DNA of 64,000 nt, from the NCBI GenBank assembly GCA_964276515.1, contig OZ193910.1, positions 1,302,001-1,366,000 of the forward strand, in the 5' to 3' direction. Below the pieces are notes generated by a model, which made no database searches, was not told the origin of the DNA, and was given only the letters and a program-made list of their open reading frames with translations. Both the position numbers and the translations under genes were made by a program. This DNA comes from Gordius albopunctatus (taxonomy: Eukaryota). Shown here one piece after another: positions 52,646 to 64,000 of this stretch (positions are counted from its first letter, which is position 1; each line of letters opens with the position of its first letter).

Positions 52646-52770
52646 CCGTCAACCAACCGAAAACAATCTCGCCGAATTCACCTGGGACATTTTGTGATTG
52701 TTTGAATGGGGGACGATTTTAAATTAGGGGACCTTTTTCAACCGGGGAAAATTAAATTATTGAGATCCGA
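52646..52770. mobile_element. Left end of the same MITE family as 34355-34608
   Basis: ccgtcaa..ccgaaaacaatctcgccgaattcacctggg followed by ggggac motifs. Confidence 0.6.
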
Positions 52771-52897
52771 TCGAGGCTTAGAATATAAATTTAAAGTGAT
52801 TAAATTTAGATAAGGCTAAGCTAACGGCTGGGGTTTTAAAATGAAGATAAGGTTAAGCTAACGGCTAGGGTTTGGAACATCAGATTAGAGCTTTATG

Positions 52898-53056
52898 CAT
52901 GGGCGTAGCCATCATTGGAATTAGACGGGGGCAATAATAATTTAAGGAGGGCAAAATAAACATTTTTTTGAAATTTAGCCATAATTTTAATAAAATTTAG
53001 CAGATCTTTAAATTTAAAGGGAGTGTCCCTCCCTGCCCCCCCTGGCTATGCCTATG
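52898..53056. mobile_element. hAT-type MITE (CATGGGCGTAGCC family)
   Basis: catgggcgtagcca / tggctatgcctatg with TSD gctttatg / gccttatg. Confidence 0.85.
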
Positions 53057-53604
53057 GCCTTATGTTTTTTTACCAATATAGTCACTACGACCAATGTAAT
53101 ATATTAATAAAAAGTTTGCGGAAACCACTCCTTTGACCTTATGCGATTAATTTAGAATACCGTACAGTTTGAAACTAATTTGCATCTTTCCAAATTGATT
53201 TATTTATTTTCAAGCAAATAAAGTTTGTTTATTATATTTATGTAATATAAGGCTGTAAATTCTCTGAAACCATTTTAAGTAATTTAAAAGCTATGTATCA
53301 TTTATAGATATATTACAAAACTTGTCATAATCGTTATTAAAAAAAGTACTAGTCAAAATTATCATAAATAAAATGGGAACTTGTTGTGTAGACTAAACAA
53401 GTTTATTAAAACAAAATATAGAGAGAACAGGGCGGATAAAGGAGAGTGTTATAAACGGAATATAAAATAAAAAGAATAATTTTGCGTTATAATCAAGTGA
53501 CTTTTTATTCTATAACAAAGAATTTTAAATATGCAACAAATATTTTCCCGCGTATAGACTTAGTGTTAAACATAATTTAAAAAGATCTAATTAACCTAAA
53601 GACC

Positions 53605-53822
53605 AGGGTCCGGTCAAGAATGAATAGAAGTATATCCAAGCTATCGAACTTACGTACTCCTTCGTCAAATAAGGGGTAAAATTTTGAAGGACATTCATTT
53701 GTCGAAATTGTAAAACTCTCGTAGACAAACAAGCCAGGCATCCCTTATACTGCCAGGCAAACAAATTTAAATATGTGCAACACAATAAGGCCAATGCGTT
53801 AATTCAAAGTTCTATTAAGAGG
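53605..53822 (+). mobile_element. Small CRE fragment (zinc knuckle region)
   Basis: FICRNCKTLVDKQARHPLYCQANKFKYVQHNKANALIQS, closely matching 29680-29810. Confidence 0.85.
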
Positions 53823-54727
53823 TTTGAAAAAAACATTCGCAATGTCAAAGAATTTTCGGCTTTGGCTATGTTAATTTCCAAATTATTGTAAAAAATGCTT
53901 TAAAGGCAAGTGCAATTGTTGCTTTTTATATAATATATATGCAAGCATGTGGTTTTGTCGGCAATTAAACTTAAATTTTGCTAACCACTTAAAGAAGCTA
54001 AAAAGTTTGGGGCAAAAAAGAAAGAGAGGTAAACCCTTAAAGGCTAAATCAGCATTTATTGTTAAATAATAGTAAGTTTAGATAATTTAACACTGATTAT
54101 ATAACAAATTTTAGGTTTTTGAAATGAAAGTTGTATCCAGCAAAATTTGTCTATTTTCCATTTTCAATTGTTAATAATTATTTTGTGATTATATCCAAAT
54201 AAAATTTGTATTTTGCCTTTATAAAGCTTAAGATTGGTAATTCTCAATAAATTTGCAAATAAATACATTATAAACACAAGCATAGTAAAATTTAAGAAGG
54301 GAGAGACAGAGCATTTTAGAATGGGAAATATAGGTCATTACTTTTCATAGCTTTTCTAATATGCCATATTTATTTGAAGGGTGAGAAGGGAGTAAAAAAT
54401 TCAGGTAACTAAGATATCTTTTAATTTATAAAAATTTGTTTTGCACATATATAAAAAGAACTGAACAATTGATAAGAGATAACCAATTAAAATTCATTAA
54501 ATGTTCAGTGCATTTTTTTCATTTTGTGTCACTTCTTTAAATTTTTAGAATACAAATTTGTACTAAAATAATATTTTATATAATATTGGTAATTTACTGA
54601 TAAAATAGATTATCTATTCTAAATTCAAATTTTCAAATTTGATCCGCGAAGGAAATTTAAATTAGAATGAAGTCCACAAACTAGACGTGTAATTTAAATA
54701 TTTAATTTAAAAAAATTTAATTTATAA

Positions 54728-54921
54728 AAAGTAACTGTAACTTTAGTTACACAATTACTGAAATAATGTAACTAACTACAGTTACACAATTACTGAAATA
54801 ATGTAACTAACTACAGTTACAGTTACCCTGCAGTAAAAGTAACAGGTTACAGTTACTTTACTGAAGAAAAGGAACTAGTTCCAGGAACTAGTTACATGTA
54901 ACTAGTTACTTAACAGTTCTG
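54728..54921. mobile_element. hAT-type terminal fragment (AGTTAC/GTAACT repeats)
   Basis: Arrays of agttac/gtaact, ggaactagttccaggaactagtt similar to 51121-51150, and an end ttaacagttctg. Confidence 0.6.
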
Positions 54922-55457
54922 CTTATAGCCAATACAATTTTTAATCGGCAGCGGATTCTCGGCCAATTTTGGAAGATCCTCTAAATGATGCAATATCAGA
55001 ATAGTTTATATTTATTATTTATTTGACGCATTTTGTTTTTTATATTTCAGGTATTGATATAATATTACAGTCAACAAATTTTTAACAAATATTCTATAAA
55101 CTGGAAATTTTTTTTTAGAAAATCAAGTGAACCTAGCGATCAGACTTGGTGATGAGATGACTGGATAGTAGTGAAAGGATTGTTTGAAGTATGATGATTT
55201 GGTTACTGTTCGAAGGCAGGGAGATGTCAGTGAATTCAAATCGTTCTACTAGTCCATTAGTTTGTTGTTCGCATTCCGCGTTATGTAAGTGAGGTTGAGT
55301 GATTGTTGAGCGGAGTGTTGATATAAATAATATGCTATGTAATTATATGCAAGATAACAACCGTCCCATGAAATTTTTCTTGATTTGTGTGATGCATTGT
55401 CTTCCCAAAATTGCTAAGTCCTTTCTCATTACAAGAGGTAATTTAGGGTATGATGAT

Positions 55458-56030
55458 TAGAGCCCTGCAAAATGAAATTTCTTCTGCCCGAGCCCGGCCC
55501 GAGCGCGACTTCTTAATTTTTATTTTGCCCGAACGCGGCCCGAGCCCGAAAGATTTTTTTATTTTTGGTCCGACCCGAGCCCGAGCCCGACCCGATATTT
55601 TAAATAAAATTTTTGACAAATATATTTTTGAAAATTATTTCACTATCTTAATATAAAATGCATTAGATTGTTATTACACATATTTACAACTAGGATAAGT
55701 TTGAAATAAAAAAATTTAACTTGTTATAATTTATTCGGTTAATCATTTAAAGCTAAAAATTTATTTTTATAATATATATTTTTAACAGTTCAAACAAAAA
55801 AAAATCTTTTGAAATATTTACTTATCTTATTTCTAAAGTTGTAACAGCTACTATAAATCTATTTAAATACTAGAATAAGATTTGCAATTCAGGTCAGTTA
55901 TATTATAATAGACAAGGGAAAAAGCAAAAGTTTGGAAGCCATATAATGTACGCTGTGCGAAAAATAATTATTTAATATCAAATTTTATTTAAATCCTATT
56001 TTATAATAGATTAATTTGTTTTAGTTCAAT
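55458..56030. mobile_element. Left arm of a non-autonomous hAT family (second copy)
   Basis: tagagccctgcaaaatgaaatt start; collinear with 43628-44170. Confidence 0.75.
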
Positions 56031-56626
56031 TAGGGAATTTGAGTCATCTGCAGACGCTGTAATAGTTGATTTTGGTATTAATGTAGTAAGGCATCGAGGT
56101 TGTCATTCTAATAGCAACCAGATTGGTAGGCAACTTGTTTAGTTCACTGCAATCGGAGATGTATCGCTCATGGTTAGGTTTGAGAGGTTGAATGTTTCAT
56201 CTTTATTGTATCTTTGCCAATGTTGTATTTGGTGATGGCTTGAGAAAGTAGCGCCTAAAAACCCGAGTTGCATTATTTTAACTAAGATAACCATGACGCC
56301 GGTACTCTAGGGAGTGGAGGAATGAAAAAAGGCCGCTCTCCCAAAATGCAGATCATTATTATTGTTTTTTAATAATGATTTATTAAGATAAGAGTAGCGA
56401 GGTATAATCGAGTGACTTTATATTGTAGAACAAAGAATTATGAAACCAAAGCAAATTATTCTAAAAAATTGATCTAATTCCTGTATAAAATAATGTTCGA
56501 TGATAAGCTTAATAAATTATTAAGACATTTTGATAAGTCAATAACTTATCTCAATCTAATACAGGACTTTTATTATATCAATATGACTTTCTATTATTTA
56601 TTTGAACTACTAATGTCTTAAACTTG

Positions 56627-57589
56627 TCATAACCATTCCGAACAGCTAAGCTTTATTTCGTTCAATATTATAATCAAAGGATTTACCCATCGAATGCAAG
56701 TATGCCAGAGACTAACCCAATTAATTATTTTAACCAAAAAAACTCTTGGTAAGTCTAAAAGAGATATGTCAACCATGATTTGGAAGGCGTAGATTGGTGC
56801 GTAGAACAATGCATACAAGATTAAGAGGATAGATATAAGTTTAATGGCTTTATATTTCTCTCTAGTTGAACTTGAATTGCGGAGCAAGCCCTCTGAGACA
56901 GCCGTTGCACCCTGAATACGCCACGTAATAATTGCATACAAAATCAAGGAAGTTACATAGGGGATCACTATTCCTAAATAATGTGTTAATATATTTATCT
57001 AACACATTTTTAATTACCTACGGTAGTCAACCAAATGAGATAAAATTTAACGAGGTGTTTGGGTAAAGAATAAAAATGAACAGAACTAGATTAAAAATAC
57101 AATAGGTAGCGAGAAGCATAGAATTAGCATGATGGCTAGGCCTATTAAGGTTTCTCTGCGTCCAGCCTTCCAACCTATGCGAAGAACGATAGCCTTAAGT
57201 CGATTAATAGCGATGGCCAATATACTAAACGAACTCAAATAAATAATCATTTCTTCCGTATACAACAACGCATCTTCAATGCGATACCCATTTACATTGG
57301 TATAACTCAATCTACCAGAGCATAAGTAAAAGGTGGAATATAAATATAGGGGTATATAGACAAAAGCAGCTAACAAATCGGCTAGAATATTAGTTGTAAA
57401 AAAACATTTGACGCAAAACACGTAATTATTACAAGATGAATTTTGAGATGGACGATAGATTAGATATACAAGCCATGTATTAGTTATTAGAATCAAGGCG
57501 ATCTGTAATAGATATTAGGAAACGAAAAAACTGCGATTCTTTTGATAATAATTAACCATGTCGGAAGAGATGGGTGTTGAATTACTCAT
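56627..57589 (-). pseudogene. Class A-like 7TM GPCR / chemoreceptor-like, probably a pseudogene
   Basis: TM motifs LILITN, NILADLL, AIAINRL, LPIV, IVIPY, FYAP and WVNPLI. One GT-AG intron (about 57017-56974), an in-frame TAA at about 57517 and a 1-nt frameshift near 57090. Confidence 0.7.
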
Positions 57590-60500
57590 TTCAATTTTGG
57601 CATTCAGTTTACTAAAATTTTACAATAAAATTGTTGCACACATCCCATCTACATGATATAACAGTGTACACATAAATAAAATGATTATAAATTATTAATA
57701 TGATTTTCAAGGTTGCACAGGTATTTAGTTACTGGAATCAAATGCCTTAGCCAATTTTTAGCAAAATGCTTTATGAAATATTAACCTTCTTACATTATAT
57801 ATTTGTTAGAGCCACGCTTAGGAGACACCAAGGCTTATTATTTTGAATACTAATAAAAATTAAATTTGCAATTTTTATGAATATCTTTTAATAGCGTAGG
57901 ACTAAATAATGAATGTTTGGATAAAATGAAGAAATTCGCTAAAAAGAAAACGTTTTTCAAGGTCGGGTAATATCCTCAAAAAATTAATTTTGTCATATGA
58001 ACATAACTTTTGGATTACATATTGATAACTATATTTTTGCATTTTGGTATGGTTAATTATTTTTGTAATAAGTGACGTGGACTCGAGATGGCGGGTAAAC
58101 TAGTTGTCTTTTGAGTTACTTATTAATAAGTTTACAAAATAAAAGACAATCTAGTAATCTATAAAGCGATTAATAAATTTTTTATGCAGGTGTTATCTAG
58201 TTGGCCCTTTAGATTTAATTTAAACGCGTCTAATTATTTATTGCAATGAAAAAAAGATGCTTTGACTAATTAGCGAATAAATCATTGACTGACTTCCCCT
58301 TATATCATCGCGACCTTTGGTATAAATTTAGATTTATTTATGCCTTGAGCAAAATAATAATTTGTTAATTTATATCTTTAGTTTAATAAATATTATGAAC
58401 TACTATTAGTTAATAAACTAGAATTCTAGAGATTGTCATCATTAAAATCTAATATCTGTCTAAATAATGATACTTACGTGGCAAAGTTTGCTTAATTTGC
58501 GTTATTTAATTAATTTATATAAGCATATTTCATTGTTTTTTATCTGCCTAATACTTCATGAATTATCAAAAATAATTACTATTTCACTGCAAATGATTAA
58601 GTGATTGAATATTATTTTGTACTTCTTATCTTAGGGCCTAAACTTTAATAAAATTTCGGCAAGCCTGATTGGCATTCTAGATTTAGTTCTTGGATCACTT
58701 TTATTTCACTCAATGATTGGTTCAAAATCAGCTCGTTTAAAAAATCTCCAAAAGCGACTTAAATATAAAGCGAGAATTTATGCAATATATTAATCAAGGT
58801 AAATTGCATCATTATAAAACGTGTTATATCATGATGTTGTCGAAATAAGTCAAATACGTAAATGGTGTTTATGGCTTAAAACGACTAATTTAAGGGGGTC
58901 AGTAGGGTCAATAAATCGCATCTAGCGCGTTAATCTACAGACTGTCCTAAATAAGATAGGTACGGTGTAAAGGCGTGACATTTGGGATGTTGTCTGATTC
59001 AGAAATTAATATTTAATGCAGGTTATCTTGTGTTCCATACAAATTCTAATTCTTTGCGCGGGCTTACACCACGTACACAGTCTACCCAAGCCATCGTCCG
59101 TTGCTAAGATTAATATTTGTAAGCACTACCTACATATAACATAATTGTATTATTTTGGATTTTGCTGGAGATTACATTTATTACTTTATATTTGATTATA
59201 GTCGAAGATAAGAATGTGCAGTATGATTCAAAAACCGATCAATTTTACCAATATCAATTATTGAAAAGCTGTAAGTTAAGTTGATGTTATTCTCGATTTT
59301 TATTATTAATGTTATTACTATTGGTAATTTTGTTAATATAACAATTACTTTAGATCCAAAAGATAAAGTAAACGTGTATTTAAGTAAGTAGTAAAAACAA
59401 AGTAGTAATATTCAATTATAAATTATTGCATTTTTAATAAAATATAAGATATTATTTACGTCCGTATTAAAACAATTTTTAGCCTTAGCATATCATATTG
59501 AATCGTAGATTAAATTTTGTGCTCAACAAATTAAAAAAAAACACCATTAGGATGTTCATTTAATTTGGTAGAGCGTGAAAAACTATAATAAAAAAGTTAA
59601 AATGAAGAAATATTCTCTTAAAACAAAAATGTTTAAAGATGTGTGAAACTATAATAAAAATTTGAAATGATCCTTATTTATATCATTTAACTAAGCATAC
59701 CCTTAGGATATATAGTTATTTATACATAGTAATAATCAAACGATTTTTCAATTTTTTTAACTTGGATTTTTCACTACATAATAAAGAGATAAGTTATCCC
59801 AAGGGTTGGGATTACGTAAAGGAAGGACCTTCTCCCTTGTACGATAGAAATATTATAGTCGTTGGGTACCTTGGATCAGCTCGTCACAAACTAAGCTTCT
59901 TGGTATACTCATTCTTTAAATTGTTAATAAATTGATTAGTGTGATTTTTACTGTTATTAATTAAACTATAAAATATTCCATATATCTAACAACAAATACA
60001 TTGTTTAATTATTATGTTTAAAGCCAATAATATAATTTATGATTTATTTGTCAAGTTTGAACTCATAATTGATATAGGAAATTTTAGCCACATGATCTTT
60101 TTAATTCATGGATTTGAGATTCATTGCGACAATTTATGAAAAAATGGGAGACTATTTTATAATAAAGCTTCGAACTAAATTTAAAATAAAAATCAATATA
60201 TAATGAGTTTTATTAATTTATTTATGGTATAATTGCCATAGTGAGAAACAATGGCGCTGAACATACAAAAAACTAAATGAAAAAAGTTGGGAAAAATTAG
60301 AGTAAAATTAAATAAATTTATATTAATTTGACCTTGGGCTCGTGTGTTTCCCTCCTCCTCATATTATCAATCCCATTTAAACATAAAATATTTATTATAT
60401 TTTTTAAGTAATTATTTGGAAAAAATTTTTGTCCATAAATTAACACATTTAATTGGATATGTTTTTAATTACATGTTGTTATAATGTTGCACTTTTATTT

Positions 60501-60889
60501 ATATAAAACTTTTAAAATTGAGTTATAAAGAATTTGATTATATATGGATCCCAGGTTGGATTAAATAAATTAAAAAAACCATAACAATATTCCGTAATTG
60601 AGAAAAATTAATAAAAAGATATTCCAATAGGAGATCATTTGTTCAGATTGCAATTTATTTTGTAGTGCAACGATATGGCTTAAAGATCAACACCTGTCAT
60701 ATATTAACTTATATCAAACTTGACTTTATCTTTTTTATACGAATTATGAAATATACACATAATAATTGAGATATGTTGAAAATCTACTTGGTTCTTGAAT
60801 CTAGATTGGGTCTCCTGTCATCATAATACTGGGTAATTAATCTCAATTAATCGGAAATTTGCTTTTCTTCTAATATTTCAACAGAGCTA

Positions 60890-61710
60890 GCTCTTCATTG
60901 TTGTGACTTCTTCATCTCGCATCTCATTTCATAGGTATATATATAATTTAATTAATTATCTCTTTCTTTCCGCATCTTTTTATTTCTACTCTGACTTTCA
61001 TCTTTTGACAGAGTTAGAAAATCTTTGTCATTTGCAGCATTCATATCCTTAGAAATAAATGAGGTTTAATCCTTCTCGTTTTTGACTTATTTTAAAGAGT
61101 CCGACATCGCGACTTTTCTTTTCCCCCATTTTAATCAATTTGTACATAAGCCTCTCGCCCCCTTTATGATCCAGCCAGTTTGTTTGCCATCTCGATTTTA
61201 TTTGGCATTCTTCCTGCTCACTTTGCCTTCATATACTCTTGAGGATCGTCCGAATCTTTTGATTTATGCCACCGTCGATATGAATTTTTTTAACATCAAG
61301 AAGGCTTTTCTTCTCCCTAATCTTATCTAAATTTTTTGCAATTCAATTTGCTAACCAACTCGGTGAAGGCACGATTCACTACTATCGTTGGTATGCCCGA
61401 TAGAAAGATTTCGTGTTGTTTTTCCTTTGATAAAGTCTTTATCACTTGCTGACCCATCTTCTAGTATTTTGAATCTAATTCGAGATTTATATACTTTTTT
61501 TCTTTCCTCTAATTCTTTTATTGCATGCACAAGTTGAATATGGTGATGATATCTTGGCTTAGTATTACGTTGCAATCTTCCATAAATCATCTCGTAGATA
61601 GTTAATTTGACTAATATACCTTTTAACTCTAAAGTAACGCAATAATTTTTTGAAATTCGGTGTTATCTAGGCTATTTTGTATGCTTTAAATATGCGTGTT
61701 TCTCCTTTCC
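60890..61710 (-). mobile_element. Degenerate RTE fragment
   Basis: 61075-61270 aligns by eye to 8580-8820 (ccgacatcgcgacttttct, cgccccctttatgatccag). Confidence 0.8.
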
Positions 61711-61734
61711 CGTGTTCTTTAGTCCGTGCCTAAA

Positions 61735-61892
61735 TAGGCGTATTCAGAGGGTGGTAGGGATGGGTGGCACACCCCCCCCCCTTACATCCAGAAAAATCTT
61801 GATCAAATTATGGCTGAAAATTTAAAAGTTAAGATTTCGCCCCTCCCTAAATCATTATTGCCACCCCCCTAACGATCCTGGTTCCGCCGATG
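61735..61892. mobile_element. Degenerate GGCGTAGCC-family MITE
   Basis: Internal gccctccctaaatcattattgcc is shared with about 15037-15060. The ends are degenerate. Confidence 0.55.
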
Positions 61893-62626
61893 CAGGCCCA
61901 TGCACTATGATTTCGCTATCACTGAAATTTCCCTAATTAAAACTTTCGATGATTTGAAAAAGAGCACTAACCTCGTAACATCTTGTTAAAATTTGCGCAA
62001 GAGCTGAGGGAACTGGTATGTTTTTAATTTAAGATTGCTACAGTTCCTCACATGCTTTGTTATATATGAGTAATGATTTATTAAGGCCAACTTTTACAAA
62101 ACGAAGTATAATATAAAATACACATCAAGATCAATGTAATTTTGTTTTTAATTCAATTATATATCTATTTTATAATATAAATCTGATATAAAAATATTTA
62201 TGTAGAATAATGTACACAAATATGGGGTGAACGATAAATCAAGAAAGACAAGAGCAAATCAATAATAAATTATTATCAATTGATATAACCGCTAAAATGG
62301 ACAATTTGATCTGGTATTTAGAATAACAATCATATGTTTATAAAACCCTATCCATTGGTGTAAATTGAAATAAATTATAATTAAAGTTTTAAACTGGTAC
62401 CCTTATCATGTTATTAATACAGAACCTCTAATAAAAGGTTTTAATTATAAAAAAACGTTTAAAATGTTTAGAAACGCTAAAGCAAGTATTTGTATTTAAT
62501 GTCTAGATAAATATTAATTCTTAATTTCTAACACATGGGAATGGGAACCTTAAATTAAAACCAGGATTATTAATTAATTTTAGCAATAACTCAAATATAT
62601 AGTAAATAAAGAAGGAATGTTACAAA

Positions 62627-62890
62627 GGTCATGAAAAACACATTCCTTTAATGATATTTTTTTATTATGGTTAAAAAGTTTATTTTCACGAAACAAAGTT
62701 AGATAAATAAGCGAAATACAAAAATAAAGGCATATTGGTTAAATACAAAGATCTATATCATTATCTTCCATGGGCGTAGCCGGGGGGAGGGGCGGCGCCT
62801 CCTCCCCCCTAAATAATTTTACGTTTTGCCCCCCCCCCTCCTAATCCAAAACCTGGCTGCGCCATGGGTCATGAAAAACACATTCCTTTA
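62627..62890 (-). mobile_element. About 95-bp CRE 3' end fused to a MITE, flanked by 24-bp direct repeats
   Basis: 62671-62768 matches 23351-23448. MITE at 62769-62866. ggtcatgaaaaacacattccttta at 62627-62650 and 62867-62890. Confidence 0.8.
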
Positions 62891-63302
62891 TCGATATCGA
62901 ACATATAATTTTTAGGTAAATTCCTAAAAATGATATATATTATCTAATTAAGTGAATAAATTTAGCACGTATTATTAATATAATGATTAGTTTAGTTAAT
63001 GTGCTTATGTATATAAACCAAAAAGAAGTCGTTTTTCCTAAGTCATATAATAATGGTTAAATAGCAAGGAACTCAAATTCACTCTGTTAAACTTATCATG
63101 CTAAATATATAAATATATTCAGCTGCTTGAATTACCACTATAATTTAATAAAAAATAAGCTTTGTTTTAACGGAGCTCAGCATTTAATTAGGTTTTATGA
63201 CTAGCCTTTTAAATATAGTTCATTTTTCCGATCTGATTTGGGAAACCGTGCCAAGGGGTTTGGTATTTAATAAAGAGCCCAATCCAATGACGTCATTGCA
63301 AT

Positions 63303-63560
63303 ATTAATTGCTATGCAATTTATGGGCTCGTTTTTTGGTGTCCGTCCGTCCGTTACCCTCCGTATTTACACCGGTTTTCTGACTTGTAGGTTCGAGTTCG
63401 ATCCCCGGAGAGGACAAAATTTTTTTTTAATTTTAAATTAAATTAATATATTTTTCTTGTTAATAACATTGATAATATGACTTTTTGACCGTGCCCTGGC
63501 TACTGTCTAATGAATAAAATGACCATTGGCCAAATTGTATTTATTTCGTTAATTAGGGCG
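63303..63560. repeat. DINE/HINE-like repeat with GTCC microsatellite and B-box-like motif
   Basis: attaattgctatgcaatttatgggctc, (gtcc)3, gttcgatcccc, then the ctggctactg unit. Confidence 0.55.
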
Positions 63561-64000
63561 GCATCTAATAAGCCATAAAAGAAATTTATGAGCAGGAAAC
63601 TTAGTTACAAATGGTAAAAAAAATTCATTTCCTTGTCATGTGTCAATAAGAAATTAATTTAAATTCCATGAAAATATATTTTGTACTTTATCAAAAAATA
63701 TGCTTCTAAAATTCATCCCCACCCCTTTAAATCCAAAAATTTGTTGAAATTTATTAAAAGTACGGCAGGCCGAAAATTTCTGCAACATTAATGTAATTCA
63801 TTATATATATATTCGTAAATTCTAGCAACTTTTGCTAGTTAAAAAATATATTTTTCTGATTAAGATTTTTTGGACTATTTTGTTAATTATCACATATTTA
63901 ACTAAGTTATTTGGGCACACTGAGTATTTATACAACTTGCAATCTTCCTTTAAATCTGCAGGCACTTAGAAATAATATTTTAAGCGATCTTAAACTTTTA

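Noticed and set aside
55130..56290. Possible LINE remnants at 55130-55330 and 56040-56290
   Set aside because: Composition is suggestive, but no diagnostic motif could be read.
57700..60850. Long unannotated AT-rich stretch
   Set aside because: No ORF, repeat structure or RNA motif that I could support.

Overview
AT-rich eukaryotic (invertebrate-like) genomic DNA with very short spliceosomal introns (mostly 34-60 nt), dominated by transposable elements. Host genes reconstructed by hand: two intact isochorismatase-domain (ISOC1/2-like) paralogues that share a 34-nt GC-AG intron, mitochondrial ribosomal protein L50 (its last intron inflated to 5.2 kb by a three-level TE nest), and a disabled 7TM GPCR. 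Mobile elements: an apparently intact autonomous hAT transposon (12-bp TIRs, perfect 8-bp TSD, six-exon 631-aa transposase); a decayed hAT and several hAT-derived non-autonomous families; a Mag-like Ty3/Gypsy element inserted in an RTE LINE; three other RTE copies; six CRE-clade (RT + restriction-like endonuclease) copies or fragments; a MULE transposase with tandemly duplicated exons; one RepHel fragment and two non-autonomous Helitrons; and DINE/HINE-like repeats. The most suggestive unexplained pattern is the repeated placement of CRE retrotransposons inside or beside hAT elements. All calls come from manual reading; no database search was run.
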